Below are positions 1 through 11,790 of a stretch of DNA of 64,000 nucleotides, in pieces. The stretch comes from Utricularia gibba (Eukaryota; Plantae; Magnoliophyta). A program made the position numbers and the translations under genes. The stretch lies in contig NEEC01000010.1 of NCBI GenBank assembly GCA_002189035.1, positions 2,542,001 to 2,606,000 on the forward strand, written 5' to 3'. The notes beneath the pieces were generated by a model. That model worked only from the letters and a program-made list of their open reading frames with translations. It ran no database searches and had not been told where the DNA came from. How positions within the stretch are numbered: the stretch's first letter is position 1; every line of letters starts with the position of its first letter.

Positions 1-106
1 CTCAGCATGATGCAGCTACCGCATACACTCAAGGCCACATTCTGCAAAACTCAAGCTCACTAGGTGAAATGAAATCAAAACAACACGAACAGAGAAGGCC
101 TACCAT
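1..106 (-). CDS. Possible 5' end of a gene leaving the window (ATG exon, 62-bp intron, start of exon 2)
   Basis: Minus strand ATG at 106-104 is followed directly by GTAGGC. The intron 103-42 ends in ttttgcag, then the frame is open as M|NVALSVCGSCIML to the window edge. Head-to-head with PBA1. Too short to identify. Confidence 0.4.
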
Positions 107-233
107 ATCGAGATTAGCGGTTAACGACGTCGCTAATGATGAGTAAATCCGCGGCAGACAACCGTGGAGCAGAGGAAGTTCTTGATCGGCTCAAGTATTG
201 CCCTCCATTTAAAAACGAGCACAGTTTGTTATG

Positions 234-282
234 TGGGCCAATGAAGAAATTCTTGGCAGGCCCATATTTTTAATAAAGCCCA
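234..282. promoter_or_regulatory. Site II (TGGGCY) cluster in the 308-bp divergent promoter upstream of PBA1
   Basis: TGGGCC 234-239, GGCCCA ~260-265, AGCCCA ~277-282. Site II elements are common in plant proteasome and housekeeping promoters. Confidence 0.55.
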
Positions 283-414
283 ATAAAACGGTGAGCTTTA
301 GGAATTTTTAAAAGTTATGGGGGTTGATTGCAATTAAATTCCTGCTTCCGCTGCACGACACACCCGTATAAGCTACCTCCTCTTTCTCCCAAATTCTGCA
401 GAAGAGTTTCAGCG

Positions 415-2204
415 ATGGACGAGGGTTATGGCCATCTCAGCGCCCCGCACTCCATGGGTACCACCATCATCGGCGTCACTTACGACGGCGGTGTTGTTCT
501 CGGGGCCGACTCTCGTACAAGCACTGGTAAATTGAGATTCTGCATTTCAGTTTTCTCTACGCCAGGTTTCTCTCTGCCAGATCTGAATGTGAGTTTTTAG
601 GGGTGTACGTGGCGAATAGGGCGTCTGATAAGATCACGGAGTTGACTGATAATGTCTACGTTTGTCGCTCTGGCTCGGTATGTTTCGATGGCAAAATCGT
701 GTATTGGGCTGCTTCTGAAATTATCGAAAATTAGCTGTAATACGGGGGATTTTTAATTTATGGTTCTAGTAAGGATTTTTGCTTTTTCGCTACTCGCGTT
801 TACAGCAGCTGTTGAGGGGTATTTGTGTTCATTGTCCTTAATCAGGCAGCCGACTCTCAAATTGTTTCCGACTATGTACGGTACTACCTCCATCAACACA
901 CGTAAGTCAAAAAAGCATTTGTGTTTAATGCATATGTTTGTTTTCATGAGATGAAAGGGATTTTTCATCTCTTGGCCGTGTATGTCTTATAATTGCCCAG
1001 AATTATGGCACCCAGAATACTCTTCGCAGTAAAGCAAAGCCTTTCTGCACTGAATCGTTGTATCTTTACTTTGACATGTTGTGCAGAATACAGCTTGGCC
1101 AGCCTTCGACTGTCAAAGTCGCTGCCAATATTGTAAGATTGTTATCTTATAATAACAAGGTTAGTATACTTGGTTTTTCGCCTTTTTGTTTAAAACATTA
1201 GGCGCTCAGAAACTATACTTAAAGATGGTACTCCCCTGAACTGCAAAGCTTTCTAATTGATATTTCAGAACAATTTGCAAACTGGCCTTATTGTGGGTGG
1301 ATGGGATAAGTATGAAGGGGGTAAAATCTATGGCATACCCCTGGGAGGAACAATCATAGAACAGCCATTTGCTATTGGAGGTCCAGTTTTATTACTCTCG
1401 ATCCAGTTGCTTTTTTTTTTCTTGATTTTCCATTATTTCTGAAGTATCCCGTTAGTGGTGTGGTAATTGTTCCCTGTTATGAGAGCTGGTCGCATATCAT
1501 ATTGTAGACGCAAGACATGGAGATTGTGTTGCTCTTGCCAAGCTTCCTTACCTCCTAGATATATTCTCTATTGCATGTTTTCTTATAGTTATATGTTGAA
1601 GAAGTTGGTGATGGTGTTTTGAAAGTGTCTATAATGCAACTTTAAGGCAACGCTCAAGAAGTATTTCTTTTCACTTCCAGGGTCTGGTTCTAGCTATCTG
1701 TATGGCTTTTTTGACCAAGCATGGAAGGAAGGGATGACTCGAGAAGAAGCCGAGGTATCTGATAGTCATCAAGTCTCTCTACCGTCTTTAGGTTATTCTA
1801 TTTGTGAAGGCTGCCTCTCCACCTGGCTTCTCCTTGTCTTTTTGCCCTCAGGAACTAGTTGTGAAGGCAGTCTCCCTTGCCATTGCCCGGGATGGTGCCA
1901 GTGGTGGCGTTGTCCGAACCGTGACTGTACGTTACCTTCTTACCTTTGACCCCTTTCACTTAAAATGCCTTGCTCCGGACAGGAAAATGTTATTCTAAGA
2001 TGCTTCTACTGTATCAACAGACTGAATTTAACAAGTAACACAACTCTGTTGCTTCTTGTGTTAACGTTGCAGATCAACAAAGATGGTGTTACTCGAAAAT
2101 GCTATCCCGGTGACACGCTTCCCCTTTGGCATGAAGAACTTGAGCCACAGAACTCACTGCTTGACATTTTGGCATCCGCGAGCCCAGAACCAATGATCAC
2201 TTGA
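415..2204 (+). CDS. PBA1: 20S proteasome subunit beta type-6 (beta1), 8 exons
   Basis: Spliced translation [38 protein letters not shown]|[25 protein letters not shown]|AADSQ...[12 protein letters not shown]...[14 protein letters not shown]|INKDG...PEPMIT*. Catalytic Thr follows the propeptide. All introns are GT-AG and in phase. Confidence 0.97.
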
Positions 2205-2622
2205 TCAGCTATTGGGATCTTAGAACTTGCATCTGGGTTAGTTTCGCTTTGAACTCTGGTATGGTTTGTGACATCTTTCGTATTGTACTTGGTTTTCAAG
2301 ACCGCCCATAGCTTTTTCTAATAGTCATTTAAAAACATTACTCAATGAATTACTCCTGAGACAAGATGCCCTCGTAAGTACAATTTAGCAACATGACAAC
2401 AAGCCTCAACCTAATTGTGGCTCACACATCCAGTAGAGCACACAACCCAGAGATCTAGGCCCAGGGGGCATTTCTGTGATCTCTCTTTTTTGTAATTGCT
2501 TGGATGAGTGTATATACATACACATATGCACACAGTCTTCAGTGGATTCTGGTCAGGTGACTGAATTACTTGATTCACCATCCATTTGTTGAGTGAGTCC
2601 TCGTGGAACATAGACAACATGT

Positions 2623-4570
2623 TCAAGGCCGTGTGGCGGTAGGCAGTGTTTGTATGGCGGCGAGAGGGTTTACTTGGTAGGAGAATGCAAGCTGCCACAC
2701 GTCAAGGACTGACCTTTTAACTAGAGAGGCCTTGTTTGCAAGGAACCTGGCAATTGGGGAAATGTGAGCATCAGTTCGAGGAGTTCTGGTTTGGGTAAAC
2801 CAACAGAACCCAGTTCCAAAAGAAAAAACAAATATGCGTTCTATGAAAAAATGCAATAAAAAACTATTTACGATTGCAGAGCTGATTTATACACATCTTG
2901 TAAAGCGAGATGCTTTTTACCTCTTGAAAAAAGCTTGCTTCTTCCTTGTGAGGTAACACACCATCAGGAACAGAGCAGCCAACGTTAGTTTCCCACTTGA
3001 CACGGCTACTCGAGCGTTGCCAACTTTCAGATTAATGGTAGGAAACCAGAGGAAAAAAGGTTTTCTTTCATAGGCCAGTCGTAAAATTTCTTGCTTTGTT
3101 CGATTGTTTGGAGATGAGGGAGCTTGATATTTTGTGTCTTTATGATGCACATCTTGTAGCATTTGTTTTGGCTTGGGGTCAGCGCCTGATTCATCTGTCA
3201 GCTGAGGGATGCTGAACTTGGCGAAGATACAGAGGCAGTAGAATAGCACAAGGCATGCAACTGCCTTAATAGTTCCTGACATGCAAATGAAAAAAAAACA
3301 TTAACTGGGAAAATATGCGCATTCAGGTTTTATAGCTGAGTAGATTCTGCTCTTTGACTCAGTACCCAAAGTTCGGTAACCTTATCTGATGGAAAAACCA
3401 CCCCAAAATGATCTCAAATATCAGGTCGGGTATCAGCTGTAATACCTGACTTTTTTCCGTAGGAAGCGTTGCTTTCTCTACCCAGGATATGGCAGCATGG
3501 GTATCCTTCTTAGCAAGCACTCTTATAACATATAGATCAACAACTTTCAGATAACTTTCAACTTCAATAGGTCGCAGCGAACATGGCACTCCCTTGCCGG
3601 CATCACAGGCTTTTGGCTTCGAGACAGGAAAATATTGGCCGTCCATGCATTCAAAGTTAATAAGAAATTCCTCAAGAAAGCATTCAACATTGGATGGAGT
3701 GTCGGATATTTGAAAACATACACTGAATCACATACAAAGATGAAACAAATCAATCAACCTAACTACAACAACTTTCAAATGCTTCATCATCAAAGAGTGA
3801 AATAACATAATCTCTACTAATGCAACCATAAAGCTGAAATTGGTGTCACACTCTGAAAGAGAATTTTGAATTCTTCAACCGGAAAACCTCTGAAATTATT
3901 TCAATATTGAACCTTGGACCTAAATTTCTTATTGGTGATAACAACCAGCTCGATTATCATGCTGTAAAAATGGTCATCCCCAGGACACAACACTAACCCG
4001 ACTTATTCACGAACGCTTCTACAACACATGGTATTCCCATTTCATTTTCTAGATGAGACACTGAGTTGAAAAAACTCGACATAAACAATGTACCTTGTGA
4101 GAAAGACTTGAAAAGGAATAGCAGTGACCGATCCAAACAACTGTTTCAGCACTTTCAGTATTTCAGCCGTCCTGCAAATTACTACATACAATTACGCAAA
4201 GAGAAAACCAGTCTACTTGAGATGATGAAGCAAAGAAACACAAATCACCGCTGTAATTTCCGCATGGATTGCACCAGAACCATAGCTGCTGATTCAGTGA
4301 TATTGTATCTCTCATCCTCAAAATCCTCCACAACTCCACGATCATCCTCCGCCAACTGCCTGAGAACAGCAAAAGCAGTCGACGCGGCTTCCTCGCACAT
4401 GCCGCAAACGAGATAACTGCCGAATGAAACACATAAAACAACCAAAACACTTCACCGGAAACGAACGCAGCACAAGAGTCAAAGAAACGAGAAAAAAATT
4501 CCAAAACCGTTCACCTTTCAGCGCGGTCAATCTCCTCCCAGTACTCGATTCGCTCATCCGAAATCTCCAT
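2623..4570 (-). CDS. APEM9: APEM9/DAYU-like peroxisomal membrane protein (PEX26-like anchor); one-base deletion at the C-run 3206-3208 as assembled
   Basis: Exons encode MEISDERIEYWEEIDRAE|SYLVCGMCEEAAST, ESAAMVLVQS, AISWVEKATLP, ELLRQLHAL, a TM segment LTLAALFLMVCYL and the family C-terminus WQLAFSYQVNPLAAIQ. Confidence 0.85.
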
Positions 4571-4790
4571 TTTCCTTCGCTTCCCAACCGATGCCCGATC
4601 TCCTCCACTCGTCCCCCCAAAATCTCTATTTTCCTCTTCCGTCTTTCGATGAATGGGCCGGATAAACATCAAAAGAACCGTCAGGCCCGGTCTTACTTCA
4701 ATAGCCCAGCCCATTTACACCATGTCCCATTCAGAAATTGAAATCAGATGAACAAACAATAGGTCATACCTAGTTCAACGAAGGGTTACA

Positions 4791-4808
4791 CTCTGATACC
4801 AAATGTTA
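4791..4808 (-). mobile_element. LTR-retrotransposon remnant: tRNA-iMet primer-binding site next to an LTR-like terminus
   Basis: The minus strand reads TAACA-TT-TGGTATCAGAG: an LTR-type CA end, a 2-nt spacer, and 11 nt complementary to the 3' end of initiator tRNA-Met. No internal coding remains. Confidence 0.55.
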
Positions 4809-5044
4809 CGATATATACTTCCCTTGCATGATATTACTCATAGTTTCGAGTTCCTATTTCTCATGATTTTACGTTTTCTCTTTTTAGAGAAAAATCTTAC
4901 ATAAAATTAAAGAAAATTATTTTATATTAATCATCTCTCATACTTGGTTCGTAATTGATGTGGAATTCATCTGAAAATTATAAAACATCAAATTTTGTAG
5001 GATTATGTCAAACATGGATCTTATCCCTTGATCAGAATAGGTTC

Positions 5045-5156
5045 ATGTTTGGAATGTTTCAAATTTACGAAATAGATGACAAGGTCATGTTTTGATTGAA
5101 GTTTTCAATTTCGTGTTCGGAATGTTTCAAATTTACGTGATGCAAGACAAGGTCAA
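5045..5156. repeat. Imperfect 68-bp-period tandem duplication
   Basis: GGAATGTTTCAAATTTACG at 5051-5069 and 5119-5137, each followed by GACAAGGTCA. Confidence 0.8.
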
Positions 5157-7214
5157 GTATTCATAGGGAGTTTTCCTTTTCATGTTGGTAAGTTGAGGGG
5201 GTGGCTCTTGAATGGTGGACTGCCAGAAGGTCACCATGACCTTCCTCTCCTTTCTGCTGGAAATGTCATAAACTAAATTAAAACTAAGAATTAGACACTG
5301 GGGACCGAAATGGAAAGGAGGCCCCCTCAGCCTCGGCAACGGGCTGAAGTGGATGTGGACAATGCAAGATGCCTAACACGGAGACACGCGCTGAATAATC
5401 TAAGACACAGTTATTGCCTGGCCAGCACACAGGTTGTCATTGCAGCAGCCAAACCTTTATCCGTTTTGGATACTTTTTTTACACCAAGTTGAAATCCATT
5501 TGATTCAGTTAATTTTATAACAATTTTAATGAATCGAATTCAAAAAAATTATAATTAAAACATATATTTTTTAAAAATGAAAATTTAATAATGCTGATGG
5601 GGATCAAAGTGATAAAATCGAGCACGCAAACCCCAAATTTAACCGAATTTTTAAAATTGAAAAAAAAAGTCACCTCCAAATTGCAATCAACATGCAAGTC
5701 GCTTTAGATAAGTCGTCGCTCTGTTGCGTACGGCGTTTAATTTCGTTTAATTTATAATTAGCAAAGCTATTTAAAAATACATCCATCCGAAAATCTATGA
5801 GTTTAAAAATTTAGAAATTACATTCATTAATTGAATTAATTCCATTATTTATTCTACGAAAAAAAAGAATCATATTTTAGGATCAAAGTTATAAATTATT
5901 GAATTTTTTAAAACTCTATTTTATTCATTTAATAAAATATTAATTAGAGAAATTATATTATTTTTTTTGTTACACATCTTAGCAATACATATATATAATC
6001 TCACAAACACTTTAATATACTTAATATAATATTTTTATAAAAAAAATAGGTTTTATAATTTTAAAATTGATTCTATTCACATAATATAAAAATAATGATA
6101 TTCTCATTTACACACCAGTCTGATAAACTTTGTACAACTTTTTTTTAGGAAAATATAAATAAATGTAATTTGGATATTCTTTTGAACCCACGGATTGATG
6201 CCAATCCGCGGTAGAAAATGGAGAAAGTAGGACCCACAGCATGTGCAAATATCCAATGCTTTTGAAGCTGGCAACTAGCTATGGATGGGCAGCACCTCTT
6301 TGAAGACCATGCCGTTCAAATCCATCCTTTTAGAAATTCCATCTAATAAGCATCATTTTAATACAAAATAAATTTTCCCAATTTTATCGATGGAAACTTT
6401 TATTATGATGTATATTTTGCATGAGAAAGAAAGGAAATATGATCATATTTATAACTCGTCATCACAATATCGTCATTTTTCTAAATTACCCTTTTTAATT
6501 TATATCGTCGTACACAATTGACCATAGTGCAACCACCCTCATCTTTTATTATTTGAAGTATTATATTTTTGTTTCTTAGTTATACATGCATAATTTAACA
6601 ATATTATCCGCTTTGAATATTTAATATTTATAGTTTCTGTTCAGGAAAAGTTATATTGCATATTAATTCTACTCAACTAATACTATTTCACGTATTATAA
6701 TTGATGTGGGATTTGAGATGAGTTAGTTTAGTTAATCTTAATTATAATGTAATGCAAAACACACAATGCTCCCGTGTCCGGTCGGAGAGAGGATAGGATG
6801 CGTGAAAAGGGGCGGAGCGTCCGGAATTCGACTGGTCGTCCCCGTGACGCGTCTTGACTGGCTCCTCTGCCATGCTGGGCCTATGCAGTGGCTTTCGGGG
6901 TGCATTATTTTTTTATCAGTAAAAAAAAAAAAGAAAAAGAAAAAGCTTTTGCGGTGACTTACGTGCTCAACCTCAATCCACCGACGGCAATTTTCCAAGA
7001 ATATATTATTAAAATTAAATATGGATGAGAATAAATAAATGTAAAACATGTAAAAAAAATAAATGAACATTATCTAAACCATAACCATGTCCACATTTGT
7101 AATACACCCACAATTTGTAAAAGTCGTCACTATTACAATTTCTCACACACTTAAAATTGTGTTTGATAGTTAAGAATAAAAGATTTATATCATATATATA
7201 CGATTATTTTATTA

Positions 7215-7384
7215 ATATATATATATATTAATCTTGTATGATTATATAAATAATATACTTATTTTTTGAATATATATATGATATACATAAATGAAATGAT
7301 ATATATATATATTAATCTTGTATGATTATATAAATAATATACTTATTTTTTGAATATATATATGATATACATAAATGAAATGAT
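7215..7384. repeat. 84-bp tandem duplication anchored in (TA)n tracts
   Basis: ATTAATCTTGTATGATTATATAAATAATATACTTATTTTTTGAATATATATATGATATACATAAATGAAATGAT occurs twice (ATTAATCTTG at 7227 and 7311). Confidence 0.92.
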
Positions 7385-7701
7385 AGTTTAATTATATTTA
7401 TATTATTTACATACTCAAATTTCTATTCACGTTATATACATGCAATTGAGTAAAAGATTTTAACTAAAAATGAATAATTTTATCACACAATAAAAATAGA
7501 ATATTCACATTACTAATAAACCCGTGATGTAATAATTTAGGAACGGAAACTAATGGCTACAAAAACATGGTATTGGGCAAAGAGAAAGGGGTTTTGGAAA
7601 CGAAGAGTCTCCCGTACGGAAACCAGACTGGGCGATGTGTTTGTTTTGTATAAATGAATGAAATCCGATGCTTGGATTCGTCAGTGTGGGTAAGGCCTGT
7701 C

Positions 7702-9388
7702 ATGAAAATCCTCTTCTTTCTCTCAGTCATTCTTGTTGTCGCCGGGGCGACGCCGCACCCGGCGGTGCTGGACGCCTGCGGCGACACCCTCTACCCCGAA
7801 CTCTGTGTCTCCACCATCGACTTGGCGGCGGCGGGAGGCGCGGCGGCTGTTAGAAGCAACAAGGATGCGCTCAAGGCGCTCTTGAACTACACCATTTACA
7901 CGGTGGAGAGAAACTACTTCACCATTAAGAAAGTTGCGGCGAGAAGCTCGCTCACTCCCCGTGAAAAGGTCGCCCTCCACGATTGCCTGGAAGTGATCGC
8001 CGACACTCTGGCGGAGGTTCACACCTGCGAAGACGACACCAAGGACTATGGGCTTAAGAATTATTCCATCGCCGAGCATAAGGAGAAGCTTCTGACTCTT
8101 CTCAGCGCAGCGCAGACGAATCAAGAAACTTGTCTCGATGGGTTTTCGGAGGATGATGCTGATAGGAAAGTTCGGAAACTCCTCATCGCCGGCCAGATTC
8201 ATGTGTTCCGGCTAGTTAGCAATGTGATGGCCGTTATTGCCAAGATATCTGGTAATGAAACCGCGGTTACCCGGCGGCCGGGGAATGAGGACTGGAGTTC
8301 CCCTGAATCCGATTGGCCGAAGTGGGTTTCTGCAGGGATAGAAAGCTGCTTCAGGCGACGACGGTGACTGCGGATGTGACGGTTGCGGCAGATGGGAGCG
8401 GCAACTTTAGATCTATTGCGGCAGCGGTAGCGGCGGCTCCGAGCAGGAGTAGCCGGAGATATGTGATCAGAATCAGAGCTGGAACATACAGAGAGAATAT
8501 AGATATTCCGAGGTCAAGAACCAACTTGTTTTTCGTCGGAGATGGGCAATCCAACACAATTATTACCGGAAGCCGAAGCGTCGCTGGCGGCAGCACAACT
8601 TTCCGGTCCGCCACCGTAGGTACCAACTCTAAAACCCTCCTCCGATGTATTACTAAATCAGCATTGAAATGTGGATTAAAACTCAACTTACTGCAGCGGT
8701 TAACGGCGATGGCTTCCTGGCAAGGGACATTACCTTCCAAAACACGGCGGGGCCAGGGGGCCACCAGGCGGTGGCACTCCGCGTGAGTGCAGATCTTGCC
8801 GCGTTCTACCGGTGCAACTTTGTGGCTTACCAGGACACACTATACGTCCACTCCCTCCGCCAATTCTATTCCAATTGCTACATCGCCGGAACCGTGGATT
8901 TCATCTTTGGCAACGCCGCCGCGCTGATTCAGAACAGCAACATCCAAGCTCGCCGGCCGAACGCCAACCAGCGGAACATGATCACCGCACAGGGCCGCGA
9001 TGACCCGAACCAGAACACAGGGATCGTAATCCAACGGTCCAGAATCAGCGCCGCATCCGATCTACAGCCAGTAATCGGTAGTTTCCCGACTTACCTCGGA
9101 CGCCCATGGAGAGAATACTCGAGGACCGTCATTATGCAGACTGACATCAGCAATGTGATTCGCCCCGAAGGATGGCATGAGTGGAGCGGCAATTTCGCTC
9201 TGAACACTCTGTTCTACGCGGAGTACGCAAACACCGGCGCCGGTGCTGCGACCGCCAACAGAGTCCGATGGGGAGGGTTCAGGGTGCTGACTACCGCCGC
9301 GCAGGCCCAGCCCTTCACAGCAAATAATTTCATCTCCGCTTCTAATTGGGTTCCGGCGACTGGATTCCCCTTTCAGACCGGCCTTTAG
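7702..9388 (+). CDS. Pectinesterase with PMEI pro-domain (type I PME, PME2/3-like); frameshift at 8335-8337 as assembled
   Basis: Signal peptide MKILFFLSVILVVAG and a PMEI domain (C..TLYPELC, ALHDCLE, LLSAAQTNQETCLDGF). RKLL processing site, intron 8620-8696, catalytic motifs HQAVAL, YQDTLY, TVDFIFG, YLGRPW. Confidence 0.93.
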
Positions 9389-10267
9389 TAGATTTGCAGC
9401 ATCCTTTTCACGGCGCAGGACTCTCCCTCTCTCGCCGTGAAGGTAAAAAATTCGGAGCTCCAAATAAAGCCGACGGCAATCTGTCTCTTTTGTCTTTTTG
9501 TTTTTTGTTTTTTGTTTTTTTACCGTTGGGAATAAAGACGAGGCGATTGGATTGATTTTTACTTTTCTTCCCAAGGATAATGACGCCGAAGCCCCTGGTT
9601 GTATTAAATAACCGAATCTTTGTCCACATTAATTAATAAATTCCCAATTTTCTTAATCGAACAAAATTATCTAAACATAATCATTATACATATTATTTAT
9701 TATCGATAATTAATGGAAAAAATCGCTAATAAATAAAAATATCCGAAATTTCACATGGCTTAGGGCGCTTCTTACCGCTCCCTTGTCGGATTCTCGTATC
9801 TGATTCCTTGATCTTGTCGATGACCCTGAAAAAGTGCGCATTGCAGAAACCGGGGCCCCACCCCGATCAGCCACCATTTTCCTTTTTAATCATTTTTTAA
9901 ATTATTTAATTATTTTTAGAAAATAAAAAATACGAGAATTGATTTGCAATTGTGTGGAATTGGACATTATTATAGTAGATATATTGTTAGACGGCATTTG
10001 CTCTAATTTGGATGAGCAGTCTTCATTGAGATTGGATCCAAGAAAAAGTAATCACGTGGTTGGTCCATTTCGTGACCCCACATGCACATGCGTCTTGGGG
10101 GGTGCTTTAAATTTGTTGCGGGCCCCACCACCGTCGTGTCTTCTGCATCCGTCACTATAGGGAACAGCCGGACTGTTGATTTCTGTCCAATCAGATGTTC
10201 CCACGTTGCCATAAATAAAAATGGTAAATAAATTAATATGAAAATTCACGTTGTTTCTACCCGACAG

Positions 10268-10660
10268 ATGGGATTGGATGTTTTGTATGGGCATCGGGGA
10301 CGTTATTGGGCCTCTCTGGCTGGAAGCCCAAATATATTCACGGCTTTGGGATCCTTCACCGTAATTTTGTGGAGTGTCGAGTCGTTTTTTGGACCGGGAA
10401 TCCGGATCCTCATCGGGACCTACCGTGGATCGTTGGAGCTGCCGACGTTCCTCGGCGCGAAGGTCAACATCGTCCTGGATATCACCGCCTTTGTGAATGG
10501 CCTAGAATCCTATTTCGGCGGTGTGTTTGCTTTTATGAATGAGGTTTTTACGGACGTAGGTTTTGTCGGCGGTGTGATCGCAATCGCGATCGGAGGACTC
10601 ACTGCGCGCAAATGCAAGCGAACTCTGCGCCATAACGCTGAAGGTAAAATTAAATGCTGA
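10268..10660 (+). CDS. Orphan hydrophobic ORF (130 aa from ATG 10268), function unknown
   Basis: GC-rich open frame with many C/G-ending codons and hydrophobic stretches (FTVILW, VGFVGGVIAIAIGGL). G-box at 10053-10058 upstream; donor-like GAAG|gtaaaa near 10643. No family recognised. Confidence 0.35.
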   Translation: MGLDVLYGHRGRYWASLAGSPNIFTALGSFTVILWSVESFFGPGIRILIGTYRGSLELPTFLGAKVNIVLDITAFVNGLESYFGGVFAFMNEVFTDVGFVGGVIAIAIGGLTARKCKRTLRHNAEGKIKC

Positions 10661-10922
10661 TTTCCGAGTTGACAATTGTTTCTTCTTCTGGATCATGAAA
10701 TTTGTCTATTCTTCTGATTGTCATAATTCCAGTTAGTTCATCTCGACGGAATGCTTTTTATCAGTTGTACCTGCATTTGGTGTTTCACAAATTGCCCTGC
10801 GTTCGTTCTAAACGCCATCGTTTTTGAAATTTATATTGCCTTTGTTATTTGTGAGGTAAGAGTGGAGATAAAGCGGACAGCTTTATGAAACGAAGGACAG
10901 GCAATTGTATACTGATAGTGGT

Positions 10923-11204
10923 TCATGGGCACTTCGGTTGCCCCTTGGAGTTCTTCATATCTCTGTAACAGGGGCACTCATCTTTGTTCCCATATGTCCC
11001 GGATGGTACGCAGTGGCACTTTTCACAGCATATCCCACAGTACTTGAGGCAGCGGTCCTGGCGCCCCGCCTTGGAGCACCGCACGCCGCACTTAGGGTCA
11101 CAGAAATTGCCATCTTCCATCATTTCGCCGGAGGAAGGTAGCACAACGAAAAGTAGAATCACAATGACAACAGCAACAACCCGGGTGCATGTGGAGGACT
11201 TCAT
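10923..11204 (-). CDS. Snakin-1-like GASA peptide (93 aa), no intron in CDS
   Basis: Signal peptide plus a 12-Cys GASA domain [63 protein letters not shown]-like TATATA at 11239-11245. Confidence 0.96.
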   Translation of the reverse strand: MKSSTCTRVVAVVIVILLFVVLPSSGEMMEDGNFCDPKCGVRCSKAGRQDRCLKYCGICCEKCHCVPSGTYGNKDECPCYRDMKNSKGQPKCP

Positions 11205-11790
11205 GGCAATGGACGAAGGTAGTGTTGCTTTCCTGTGCATATATAGGAGGAAGCCTGGTAGGTGTTGCTGATACGTTAAATAATAAGTCTTTCTTTGCTT
11301 TTGGTTTTAACCCCCGAGAATGGCGTGCAGGTTTCTGTAATCACACACCTCTTCTGGATGCTTGCCTTTTTGGCTGCCCAATTCTACCAGATGTAAGAGT
11401 ATGCGTAAAATATGAGCTTCCAGTACCGATATCCGAAGCATCAGATACGGTAAATTTTCTCAGATACTGAACACAGCTTGTTTTATGCAGTGGAAAGTGC
11501 ACAGTTTGAAGCTGGTGGTGCTCCGGTGGAAGTGAGCAGTTCCGGAAAAGGCCATAGGCATAAAAAGCAGACTTTAGTTCACTACTACACATGCTTCTTT
11601 TCTCCATTTTGGAACCAAAAAAGAGATACTCACCATGTGCCCTTCTTTTGAATGCCACTTCCAGGATTCCGATCATTGCATCCAGCCCCATTGCTGCTGT
11701 CGAAAATGGGCCTCTTGACGAATAGGCCCAAATCATTCTCTTCACTACAGGCCACATGTTCGCCTTAGTAAGCGGGCCCATGCAAGAACA

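Noticed and set aside
6702-6712. ATCCCACATCA on the minus strand, resembling the plant snRNA USE element
   Set aside because: One mismatch to the consensus, no TATA at the required spacing and no snRNA-like sequence downstream. A similar word at about 4957 suggests a common repeat-derived motif.
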